Source of the DNA: Perna viridis
Taxonomy: Eukaryota
Assembly (NCBI GenBank): GCA_037379345.1
Contig: CM074512.1
Span: forward strand, 46,376,001-46,440,000
Reading direction: 5' to 3'
DNA length: 64,000 nt
Numbering within the stretch: position 1 is the stretch's first letter; each line of letters begins with the position of its first letter. Positions 12,766 through 25,536 of this stretch are shown piece by piece. The notes beneath the pieces are model-generated. The model saw only the letters and a list, made by a program, of their open reading frames with translations, was not told the origin of the DNA and did no database searches. The position numbers were made by a program, and so were the translations under genes.

Positions 12766-13578
12766 GTAACCTCATACTTCTAACTGAGTTACAATACTCC
12801 ATTATTATGGTAGGAAATGGTTGGGTGTAGATAATATGAAACCGGTATCCGGAAATGGTAGCGATCGTCAAATATAGGAAGAAGTCATTCAAGTGAGGAT
12901 GTCCGTTTAATGTAACAGTTTTATTTACACTTCGATCATAATGAGGCCCGTATTGAAGTATCAAAGTAGATTACTTGTTCCAAAGGTGGGTATTGAGACA
13001 CAGTTCCTTTCACGTGGGCTTGCTTCCAATATGCAGCCCGACTAGCATATAAACACAAAAAGATGATTCCAGATTTGGGGATGCCTCGCTTCAACTCATT
13101 GTTTTCAAATAAAATCGAATATATTACTATTTACTGCTCAGCAATCACTTGACAAATGATGATTGTATCTAATAAATAAACACAAGTATCACCATTATAT
13201 AACACTTCTAATCAAATAAATACAAAGATTTGTACATCCAAACTCTATATTTCTACAACCGCCTGGTTAGAAAGTGAAACAACTGTAACATTTGACATGA
13301 CTAGACAAACCAGGTGTTTGCATAAATACGCATAGACATGTGTATGATATGTTTAAAAAAAGGTATGTTGTAGCGATCTTTGGATCGCTTATGATATTGA
13401 CCAGGGAATCAGTTTAGGATTTAGATTAAGCAATTCGATTATTTAACACCGAGCGACATTTTTGAGAATTTATGAGAATATAAATGCCAAACCCATGTTA
13501 AAATGTGTACTCGGAAAAGTACTTGACTCGGAAAAGTACTTGATTCGGAAAAGTTCAAGTATTTATTACTTGGGGTCA

Positions 13579-15849
13579 TTACTGGTAATTTCAATAGCCC
13601 ATGTATTGATTTTTAACCGTTTTTTTTTATTGTGCTTTATGAATACATTACAGGTGTAAGGACGTGTTGTGCAATGTTTATCTCTCAGACTTTAATTTTT
13701 ATCATTGTTTTAATTATTTTTCTTTAATTATTTTTAATATTTTTTTGTATTTAGTTAATACAACGTTAATAACTTTTGAATTGTGTATTGCCCTTCATTT
13801 CAGATTTTTATTGTCGACCATTTCATCACCTATTACGGACACACTCAACCTTTTCATTGATTATATCCGTGTTGTGGAGCTCTATCGAGCAAACCGATTT
13901 CTTTTTCATATTTTCAATGTTTACATGTCGCGTGTACTTGATTTGACCCGTTATGGGGTTGTATTTGGTAAACCATTGATTTGTTGATTTTTTTTCTCTC
14001 CATATTTTCATTCGTAGTTTGTATCCTACGCCTTTTTTTTGTTTAAGTTTGAGACTTGTGCGCTCGTTTAATGTTTTTCTTTTGTTATTATAAGGAAATT
14101 GAACTTTTTACTGCTATAATATTTTCGATATTTGCATGTCGCGTACGCCCTTTGAACGTGTTATGAGGCTCTATCGGGTAAACCGATTTCTTTTTCATAC
14201 TTTCAATGTTTACATATCGCGTGTACTAGATTTGACCCGTTATTGGGGTAAACCATTGACCTACGGATTTCTATTTTTCTCTCCATATTATGGCATATTT
14301 TCATTCGTGGTTTGTTTCCTTCGCCTATTTTTTGTTTAAGTATTGTATGATAGGTTTTTATAAGAAGATTGAACTTTTTACTGCTGTAGTATGTTTTCAA
14401 GTTACTTACATGCAAACTTTGACCCGTGATATGAGGCTCTGATAGTAAATAAGTGTTTCATGCTGTCGTTAACGGTTTTGAGCTACCCTTTTTGTAAGGA
14501 GGTCTTTCTTAAGTATAGTTTTATTACACAACAAGATTTTTTTCCTTAAATATGTTATTTACAATTCATATTCATTGTTCCATTCGTCGGAGTGTCGTCT
14601 GTTTTTCAAACATAAAGTGTTCTTCTTCCCCTTCAAATAACACTTCACGATCCGATCTTCTTGTGATTCTGCTTTGCTATGAGTAGTCTTGCCGTCCGAG
14701 TATAGTTGGCGTCTAGGCTGTTTTTCCACTCTATTTAATCTTCACTTCCTTTTGTTCCTCGATTTACATGACTTCTGGTCTTTGAACTAGGTTTTCATTG
14801 TACATCCCATATAGCTCCTCCTTTTTTTGATGAACTATCCTCTGTAACTTTATTGATTTATTAAGGTCATCGATTCTTATACAAGGATGCACGATACTCC
14901 GCTCTGGTTTCCACTCGTATTTGATATTCTGACGTTGTACGTTTTACGTTCTTAATACATCTTAATTACTATCGTTGTTCCGAAATCCTCTCTATGCACT
15001 TCCATAAATAGGTGTCCCATCTGTTTTTGGTCGACGTTTTTTCTGTCATCCAGTTGGTCTACCACGAGGTCTTTTTGGGCTTCACTTTCTTTTGAGTTCA
15101 TTCTTTGGTTTACAGTTTGCACATTCTTTTGTCCATTGCACGTGTACAGCATCACGACTGGTGACTTCTTCTAAGTGAATTCCTCAACAGGTGGAACTAC
15201 CTTGTAAATATTTATTGCTCCGGGTGCGTCCATCTCCTTCGCGGGTCATTCACGACGTGAACCAGTATTGTTTTCCATTTCCTTTTATAGTCATCAGCGG
15301 TCGACTGTCGGGTACATAAAAAAGTTTCCATCTGGTGGTTTTTTTGGGTTGCAATTCTTGAGTTTCATTCGGTATCTGGATTTCGTGTTTTGAGCGCATT
15401 GGTTGTATACGGGTCTTAGAGTAGCCCGTTCATCAAAGCATCTTGGTGTATTTCTGTCGTCAAAGCATCTTAGTTTTACACAGTCATCAAAATATCGTTG
15501 TCCTATAAACCAGGTTGCATGGGTCCTATCTACTTGCATCTGCTGGTGCTCGACTGTAGGAGTAATGTAGCTGCTGCTACTGCTGCTCGAATAAGGGGGT
15601 GGGGGTATTCCAGCTGCTGCTGCTCGTAATTGGGGAGGGGTATTTCTGCTGCTGCTTTTCACATATGGGGATATTTCTGCTGCTGGTGGTCGTATTCGGG
15701 GTCATTCTCCCTGCTACTCCTATCTGCTGTTGCTCGAATATGAGCGTATGAGCGTATTCTAGTTGTTGCTGGCTGCATCCGGGGTCATTCGTCCTGATGC
15801 ATTCGTCTGCTGCAAACGGTCAGTTTGCTCGCTGGGTTCGTTTTTGTTG
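13579..15849 (-). mobile_element. Polinton-derived segment, left arm of foldback unit 2
   Basis: Reverse complement of 17663-20508 along its length; homologous to the unit-1 arms. Confidence 0.85.
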
Positions 15850-16359
15850 TGTTTACTTTTCAAGTTAAAATCGGAAGGTCAAGATTTAGTTTTTTTTCGT
15901 AAGTTTATTTCATGTTGTTTTCTCCTAAGTAACTTGACGTCTGGTACTTTAAGTGGGGTATATATATTTTGTTTTTGTTATTTTTCATAAAGTTAGGGCT
16001 TAGATCAATCTTCTCTATATTTAATTTTTATGATACTATATTACGCGCTTCATTGAACTTCAATTTCAGATCAAATCCGTACTGTTGAAATCCTCCTTAC
16101 CATAAAACTTAATCTTTTTTTTTATTAGCATTCATGTAGTTGTCCGCTTCTTCATCCTTTCCTTGCGTCTAACACTTGTTATTGTTCGTTACAAAACTTT
16201 AATCTGACTCAAACTATAGCTTTACCTCCTCATATTACAACTATTTTGATATTGATCTTTTCTAAACGTAAACCATAACTTAACCAACGAATTAACTCAA
16301 CGAAGCCTCAACCCATTCCAAGATACTAATTCTATTTAGGAGTCTAGTCTTATCCTTTG

Positions 16360-17655
16360 ACCCTAACACTAACCCTAACAACTAACCCTACCTATAACCA
16401 CTAACCCTAGCACTAACTCAACCATAACCCTGGACAAACATCAACATCTGAGCCAAACCTTAAACATAACCCTAAGCCTAACCCAACACTTAACCATAGG
16501 CTTAACCCTTGCCATAGATTTGATAATATATTTAAAGGTTGAATCTAACAACTTTCTTGATACTAGACCTGAAACTCTAACCCTAACCATAACCCTAAAC
16601 CATCCCCTACTGACCTAAGCACTATACATAACACTAGGCGTAACCCTATACTTAACCATACACTTAACCCTAACCCTTACCAGTAACCCTAACCCCTAAC
16701 CCTTACCTGAACTTAACCATAACCCTGGACAAACATCAACATCTGACCCACACCTTAAATATAACCCTAAGCCTAACCCAACAGTTAACCATAGACTTAG
16801 CTCTTGCCATAGACTTGATACTTTATCTAAAGTTTGAGTCTAACAACTTTCTTGACACTAGACCTTATCTGAAACTCTAACCCTACACCTAACCCTAAGC
16901 CATCCCCTACTGACTTTAACTCTACACTAGGCGTAACCCTGTACTTAACCATACACTTAACCCTAACCCTTACCAGTAACCCTAACCCCTAACCCTTACC
17001 TGAACTTAACCATAACCCTGGACAAACATCAACATCTGACCCACACCTTAAATATAACCCTAAGCCTAACCCAACAGTTAACCATAGACTTAGCTCTTGC
17101 CATAGACTTGATACTTTATCTAAAGTTTGAGTCTAACAACTTTCTTGACACTAGACCTTATCTGAAACTCTAACCCTACACCTAACCCTAAGCCATCCCC
17201 TACTGACTTTAACTCTACACTAGGCGTAACCCTGTACTTAACCATACACTTAACCATTACCCAAACCCTTACACAACCCTAACACAACCCTAATCACTAG
17301 CCCTAATCCGAACTTAACCATAACCCTAAACAAACATCAACATCTGACCCCAACCATAACAAAATACCCTAAGTTTAACCCAACACATAACCATAGGCTT
17401 AACTCTTGCCATAGACTTGATCCTATATCTAACGGTTGAATCTAACAATTTTCTTGACACTAGACCTTATTTGAAACTCTAACCCTATACCTAACCCTAA
17501 GCCAACCCCTACTGACCTTACCTCTATACCTAACACTAGGCGTAACCGTATACTTAACGATGCACTTGACCCTTACCCTAACCCTAACACAACCCAAATC
17601 ACTAACCCTAACCCTAATTCGAACTTAAACATAACCCTAGACAAACATCAACATC
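16360..17655. repeat. Telomere-like (TAACCC-rich) satellite, ~293-311-bp units x~4.3
   Basis: Anchor ac(t/c)aaccataaccct..acaaacatcaacatct at ~16416, 16711, 17004, 17312 and 17623. Units are built from degenerate ctaacc/taaccc hexamers; two adjacent 293-bp units are near-identical. Confidence 0.9.
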
Positions 17656-17662
17656 TTACCCC

Positions 17663-20600
17663 CAACAAAACGAACCCAGCGAGCAACACTGACCGTTTGC
17701 AGCAGACGAATGCAGCAGAAAGATTGACCCTGGATACAGCAGCCAGCAACAACTAGAATACGCCCATACTCGAGCAACAGCAGATAGAAGCAGCAGGGAG
17801 GATGACCCCGAATACGACCACCAGCAGCAGAAATACCCCTCCCCAATTACGAGCAGCAGCAGCTGGAATAACCCCACTCCCTTATTCGGGCAGCAGTAGC
17901 AGCAGCTACATTACTCGGGAAGTCGAGCACCAGCAGTTACAAGTAGATAGGACCCATGCAACCTGGTTTATCGGACATCGATATTTTGATGACTGTGCAA
18001 AACCAAGACGTTTGATGAACGGGCTACTCCAAGACCCGTATACAACCAATGCGCTCAAAGCACGAAACCCTGATTCCGAATGAAACTCAAGAATTGCAAT
18101 CCAAAAACCCAGCAGATGGAAACTTTTATATGTACCCGATAGTCGACCGCTGAATGCAGATGACTATAAAAAAAATGGAAAAGAATACTGGTTCTCTTCG
18201 TGAATGACCCGCGAAGGAGATGGACGCACCCGGAGCAATAAATATTTACAAGGTAGTCCATGTAGAGGAATTCACTTAGAACAAGTCACCAGTCGTGATG
18301 CCGTACACGTGCAATGAACAAAAGAATGAACTGACAAAAGAAAGTGAAGCCCTGGTAGACCAACTGGAGGAAAGATGTTTGTTGTTTGTTTGTTGGGGTT
18401 TAACGTCGGAGTAGCAATATTTCAGCTATATTCAGACGATGAACATGAAATTGATGATAAAATGAACATGAATGATGATGATGAAATGAAAAAGGGATGG
18501 GACACAAGGATAATGGGGTCGACAAATTTTGATTGCCACTGGAAATAGGGAGAGGTGGGTAGGGTCGGGCAATTTAGCCTCCTGTGGCAGAGCCCTATGG
18601 TTCCTACTCCGGGAGAATACCACAATAGGGATCTTTAACGTGCGAGGAACGTGACATCTTTCCCAACACGGTGCACCACTATGGTTTGCGGTCAGGTTTT
18701 CCGTATTATAGCCTGACAACCCCAGCATATAACACGCCAGGGATACCCCATTCCAGTTGCTTTGTGGGCAGAGCGCCCTAGCCCCCGGCTAGTGTTCTGA
18801 GCACTATTTAGTCGCCTTTTATGACAAGCTTAGCGCTGCTGCAGGCCTATTCTTTTAACACCCGGACCTGCACGGGGCACTGGAGGAAAGAAAAAAGTCG
18901 ACCAAAAACAGATGTGACACCTATAAATGGAACTGTATAGAGAGGATTTTGGAACTAAGATAGTGCGGATGTATTATGAACGTAAGACGTACAACGTCAG
19001 AATATCAAATACAAGTGGAATCCAGAGCGGAGTATCGTGCATCCTTGTATTAGAATCGATGACCTTAATAAATCACGAAAGTTACAAAAGTTCAACTAGA
19101 TTAATCATTTTGATCTACGTTGCCAGAACCTTATATCGTGAGAGGATAATTCATCAAAAAAAGGAGGAGCTATATGGGATGTAAAATGAAAACCTTGTTC
19201 AAAGACCAGAAGTCATATAAACCGAGGAACAAAAGGAAGTGAAGATTAAATAGAGTGGGAAAAACAGCCTTGATGCCAAAGATACTCGGGCGACAAAACA
19301 ACTCATAGTAAAGCAGAATCATAAGACGATCCCATCGTGAAGTGTTATTTGAAGGGGAAGAAGAACACTTTCAGGAACAGACCATTGAACAGGACCCGGT
19401 TTCGAAAAACAGACGACACTCCGAAGAATGGAATAATGAATATGAATTGTAAATAAAATATAAAAGTAAAAAAATCTTGTTGTGTAATAAAACTATACTA
19501 AAGAAAGACCTCCTTACCAAAAGGGTAGCTCAAAACCGACAACACTATTAAAACCGTTAGCAACAGCATGAAAAACATATTTACAATCAGAGCCTCATAA
19601 CACGGGCCAAGGTTTGCGAGTAAGTAACTTGAAAACATGATATAGAAGTAAAAACTTCAACCTCCTTATAAAAAACCTATCATACAATTCTTCAGCAAAA
19701 AAGGGGCGAAGGAAACAAACCACGAATGAAAATATGCCATTATATGGAGAGAAAAATAAAACTCCATAGGTCACTGGTTTACGCCCATAACGGGTCAAAT
19801 CAAGTACACGCGACATGTAAACATTGAAAGTATTAAAAAAAATCGGTTTCCCAATAGAGCCTCATAATACGTTCAAAAGTTGTACGTGACATGCAAATAT
19901 CGAAACTATTATAGCAGTAAAAAGTTCAATCTTCTTACAATAACAAAAGAAAAACATTAAACGAGCACACAAGTCTCAACCTTTAACAAAAAAGGGCGTA
20001 GGAAACAAACTACGAATGAAAATATGGAGAGAGAAAAAAAATCAACAAATCAATGGTTTACCTAATACAACCCCATAACGGGTCAAATCAAGTACACGCG
20101 ACATGTAAACATTGAAAATATCAAAAAGAAATCGGTTTACCCAAAAACAGCCCCATAACACGGATATAATCAATGAAAAGGTTGAGTGTCCATAATAGGT
20201 GATGAAATGGTCGACAGTAAAAATCTGAAACGAAGGGCAATACACCATTCAAAAGTTATTAACGTTCCAAATGTAAACATCAACTGTAAACCTTACAATT
20301 ATCAGGATAATCATTAGTGGTTAGTCAAAATTTCAAACTGAATACAAAAAATATTAAACATAATTAAACAAAAATTATTAAAACAATGATAAAAATTTAA
20401 GTCTGAGAGATAAATATTGCACAACACGTCCTTACACCTGTAATGTATTCATAAAGCACAATAAAAACGGTTAAAAATCAATACATGGGTTATTGAAATC
20501 ACCAGTAAAATGGGAAGTTTTAAACATCTGTCTTATCCGTGAGACATCTATTCAAAATACACAATCAATTGAACACAAAGAAAATCAAATCAAAATTTAA

Positions 20601-20955
20601 CATCTATTCAAAGTGTCCATTCAATTTGACATTATTACACAAAGACAATGAAATTACAATTAATTTACAAAAATAATTAAAAAAACAATTAACGTATATG
20701 AAAATGTATAAAAAAAAACAAAGAAAGACAAGTCACAATACCCCCTTTTTATACTTACCTGTTTATAGTATACTGCATAATGATACTAATTAAGACACTT
20801 AATGAGGATACCTATGGAGGTCGTTTCCCTCCTAACATTTAAGGGTCCCCTTTCTAGGTCAAGGTCCCCATGTTCCCTTTATTGGTCCTCCATCCACTTC
20901 CGGTCACCCAAGGTCCACTTTCGGTCATGTCAAAGGTCCACTTCCGGTCACTTAG
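17663..20955 (+). mobile_element. Polinton-derived segment, right arm of foldback unit 2, with subterminal cacttccggtca repeats
   Basis: Inverted to 13579-15849. 18140-20955 is directly homologous to ~5070-7570. The ATPase core is deleted right after PADGNFYMYP. Confidence 0.8.
18376..18878 (-). mobile_element. ~510-bp non-autonomous retroposon (SINE-like), copy A
   Basis: 13-bp TSD actggaggaaaga (18363-18375 / 18879-18891) and a (CAAA)n tail. The empty site is present in the opposite arm near 15040-15060. Confidence 0.92.
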
Positions 20956-23900
20956 TCTTAGACAAGCTGTCATCACTAGGTCATATGACGATCAATACTA
21001 GATCATTAGTCATCATATTGCCCAACCAGGTGTCCGCTATGTTGAAAACTGATCCTTACAGATCTTCCGCTTGAGTGCACATTTACAATAGAAAAGGTTC
21101 ATTAAAGTGATCTATATGTACGTCTATGACTACTGATTCGATAGAAAATTCACCTGTTTACGATTTTATAGTAATTTTAACCCCAAAAAAGAAAATCTAA
21201 GCGCCTAATGTGATCAGATATGTTGGTTAAATTATTATCTTAATTATGAATGTATAAAATATTAGTTCATAATGCCGGTGTGCTTTGAATGAAAATTCTG
21301 TTTGATAGATACTCTGACCAGTTTTCAAGGGATAGGGGTAATGGTTTTAACACTTTTTGAAAATTCCTTCTTGCAAATTAGCTTTTTGTGGTTTGTCATG
21401 TAGAAAATAAGATTATCGATCGAATGATATGAAATTTGAGTCATTTTAATTGAGCTTTAACTTAAAGAGTCGAAATTATGCGACTTTTTACCGGAAAATC
21501 GAAAATCCAGTTTTTGCCATTTTGGATAAATTGTGACTACAAAAATCGCCACAAGTCGTCAAATGAACCCCAGAAGTATTATTTGTATTTATCCTAACTA
21601 GAAAATACCAAAAAAGCCATTCTTTTCTGAAGTATAGATTCTCTAGGGGTTTTGACATTGAAAAATATGTTAATTTAGGCGATTTTTCTGTGGGGTGGGG
21701 GTATATTTTTTTTCATTTTACTCTAAAACCCTAAGTGTTACCGCAACTTTCTTGATAGCAGAAGTTTGAAGAATCAAAAAACATAAAAAATGAATTTCAG
21801 CCTCAACGAGGTATAAAAGTAGTAAAAAAAATACCAAAATGTTTCAGTTTATTTTTGGCGACAAAAAGATTCGTGAATGAGAGGTATAAGGATAGCTAAA
21901 ATCATATTTTGGTTGATGAGTGGGAGTGCACGGGGGATATCTCAGCCCACGTACTAATAAATTTATTTGAAACTTGATCTACATGTCATATTGCCAAAAG
22001 AAGCGTATTGTTTTGATTAGAAAAAGTTTGGTTGAATGGTCCTTACATCCTAGAAACAAGTACCACGGATGGACAGACTGGAAATATACGTACGATTCGC
22101 CGCGTAGAGAAAATACTTCATTTATTTGTCTCAATAAAACAAATAATACCAGTGATTTGATCATGGCAACAGCATTTAATGTTGTAATATGGGGAAATAC
22201 GCCCCTAAGACAACAAGCAATGAAGAACGCACTTGAAAGCGGTGTATATTGCAAATAATTAACTAAACAAGACTGAAATAAAAAGTTGAATAAGTAATCA
22301 TCATAAATTGCAACTATCAGTATGGCTACCAAGGAAACTGTATTTTTAAGAATTTGCTGTTTCATCGGCGTATAAAAAAGTTGACCGTAGTTCATTTCCA
22401 TGAAGTGCTAGCTTCATGACCAAAATATGTGACTGGGTCGGTCAACTTTACACACCGATGAAAATGTAGCATTCAATATTTATACATTTTTTTGTAACTA
22501 CATCTGGCGTTCCTCTTAATTTATTTTTTTTCCATTTTGAAGAAATGCATAGAAAATAAGCAATATGCAAAACGAGTTTTAGACCAAACCTGGCACTTTC
22601 TGTCGTAAAGTGATCAAATTTGTACGTTTGTACCGTGCTCAACTCTAATATATACGCCGTATTCAAATGACTTCGTTTTTCCAGGAACTTGTAAATTTCT
22701 GGTTTAAACGCCTACAGTAAATAATACTAACCCGGAAAAGTACAATATGTATAAATATATAGATTACTGTATTTATTGCTTTAAACGAATGATAAGATGG
22801 AGAAGTACTATATCGTTTTGTGCATTTTCCTCTTGTTTCACGATTTAAATGGTAAACATTAATTATTTATATATATATATATATATATATAACTATTAGT
22901 TAATTGATAATATTATATTTAAAAGAAAGTGCTTCGTTTTGGCTTGCCTTTTTGACAAAAACTTTTGAGTATCTGAAATAGAAAGTCTAAAAATATTTCT
23001 AAATATGTTTATATTAGTCTAGGAGAAATGAATATAAATATGCTTTACGAGAAATTTTTTGATGAATGTCATGCACCTCCACTTTATCTCGATACACAGA
23101 TTTACGGGAATTGTTTTAATGAATGTCACCTCCAATTTATCTCAATACACAGCTTTACGGAAATTTTTTTTATGAATGTCACCTCTAATTTATCTCGATA
23201 TATACGTATGTTTTCGATTTTTTTTTCATGCGACTTATAATCGATTTGTTCGCTAATATTCAAACACAGATATCATTCCATCGAAGAGCTCTGTTATAAA
23301 ACTAGTTTAGTGGATAAAAACAATAAATCATGTTGGAATAGCATACTCAGTAGGTTACATATAGAGAGGCATTTAACGATTATATGGTTCTCCCTCCTCC
23401 AGTATAATTTTCTTTACGTTTCAGTTCGAGCTTTAAATACAACAAGCTACGGTAATTTTAATCGTAACAAACAAAATAACGGCAGATATTCTCGAGGTAG
23501 GTAAACTAAGTTGTTTTTTTTTCTTGACCTGTTGAAAAGCGTAAAAAGGAATGTATTTTTTTTACTTGTATAGAACTCTGTTCAATAAAACCGTGTACAC
23601 TTTCATACATTGAACACAAAATTGTTCTCTCTTGCTTTTTAAACGATCATCCATTATGGTATACCGCTTTCCGTCCAGCTGTCCTTACCCATTTTAAACG
23701 AGTTTGAAAGTGTTTTGTGTCCCTCCTTTCTGAGTTATGGAACATCAGACACCAAAAACTAAAATTGAGCTAGCTTATGTCGTGCGGTATAGCCCAGTTA
23801 CTTATCTAACTGTTGACTTTAAATAAAAAATCTGGTACGATAAATGCCTGGATTCTTATAAGCATTAATAATTCATATCAGCTCATTTTCCAAGTAACGA

Positions 23901-24853
23901 ATACGACTTTCCAACCTTCTGTGACTTGTAACGACTTTTCAGTAGCAGTCTTTATGTAAATCAGACAGGAAGTGATTCATGCATTTCAAAAACCCAACGA
24001 TTTTCACTTTTATTTCTTCTTTAGAATCAATTACAGACCACATAACCAGTCTTAGATTTTCATTTGGGTGTTGCGCTTTTGAGGTAAAATTTATATAGAT
24101 TGTACATAAAATAATTTTAAAGCTCTTTGCAAGTTATCGTTCTTTACTTTGTTCGATTTGGTTGATTTAAGAGGGAGATAAATATATGATTTTCTCAAAT
24201 GTACAGATCTGAATATGGAAAAGATAACTGTAAAAATATAGCATATGAAGATTGAAAAACATTGTCTGTTCCGTGGGTTTTTCTTTACCATGAATCACTT
24301 TAATATGGACAATGTCTGAATTTTATATGGACCGGTACATGAAATATTACCAATCCACGTGACAAACGAAGCTCAAATGTTTACAAAGAATTGAAGCAGT
24401 ACTCTTGACGTCAAACAGTATATCAACACATGAACGAATGATCAATTGCTGTGCATGTTTTGTTTATTTTATGGTATGAAAACAATTAACAATGTTAGCC
24501 AGCTATGTACATCTAACGCTCCTCAATAATTTCAAATACACAACTAATTCTACTGTTTGTTCCAATCCACCTCGGATTTATTGTCATATTTAATATTCGG
24601 TATGTTTAATCATATTGCCAGTACCCTTATTTGATTGATAAATTTTCCTGAAGTTGTTCTACCAAGAATGTTAACCCTCTTTTAATCTAATAAATTTCAA
24701 AACGAAAGTAGCACCTGTCTACTTTCATTTTACCATTCTTTCTTAGAAAGCACATAAGGTATGTTGGTATTTTTATGAGCGTTAAGGTAAAGGGTGAGCA
24801 TTATAATGAAACCCCTCCAGCGCCATCTGTACTTATGTAAACAAAATGAGCCC

Positions 24854-24861
24854 TATAAATA
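24854..24861 (+). promoter_or_regulatory. Candidate TATA box of the 25.5-31.3 kb gene
   Basis: cccTATAAATAgc ~680 bp upstream of the first confident coding exon; position only. Confidence 0.3.
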
Positions 24862-25536
24862 GCTGAATTTAACATAGAAAGTAACTGAGAGAGAAATAGT
24901 GCTTGATACCTTAAGTCAAACAGGAATTGGTATCAGACAGGCCCACAGAATTAGGTCAGGAACGTGAATTCAAAGTGAATTAAGTAACATTTAAGTTGGT
25001 TTAAAATTAAATTATGCAATTCAAAAACCATAAAAATACAAATGAATTATTTACAGTGTCTAGATCCGGTACGCTGATTTACTTTAAAAAAAAAAAATGG
25101 ACAACCGTTTACTTATTCTATCTCACTCCTTTCAGCCATCGTCCTTTTTTCAATCCCTAACTGATAAGCTGATAACGTCATTTTCGTAAACATTCGGGTG
25201 CCATGATTTGACCATCCCTATCTTGGAAAAAGCTTTTGTGTTTAACCAACGAAGCTAGCAAATGTTTTCCGAGACTGGTGTGGTTCTCAACTGCATTTAC
25301 TCCATACAAAGCGTACGAAAATGAAGTTTCAGTGATACTGTTTTTAAGCTCCCAACTTTTTTGTTTTTGTTTTTTGTTTTTTGGGGTTTTTTTTGCCCTA
25401 AGCATATTGAACCCAGTTTTTGGGAGCGTATTAACCACAGTTTTAAGATAAATTTTCATTCCTCAGCTAAGTAACTGGTTCAAAGATCAAAGAAATATAT
25501 TTTATTTATTTGAGTAGTTGAATCAATATGTTTTAG

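Noticed and set aside
15850-17660. Telomere-telomere fusion scar at the palindrome centre
   Set aside because: The hexamers are essentially all in TAACCC orientation (one isolated ttaggg near 15993); there is no head-to-head TTAGGG/CCCTAA junction.
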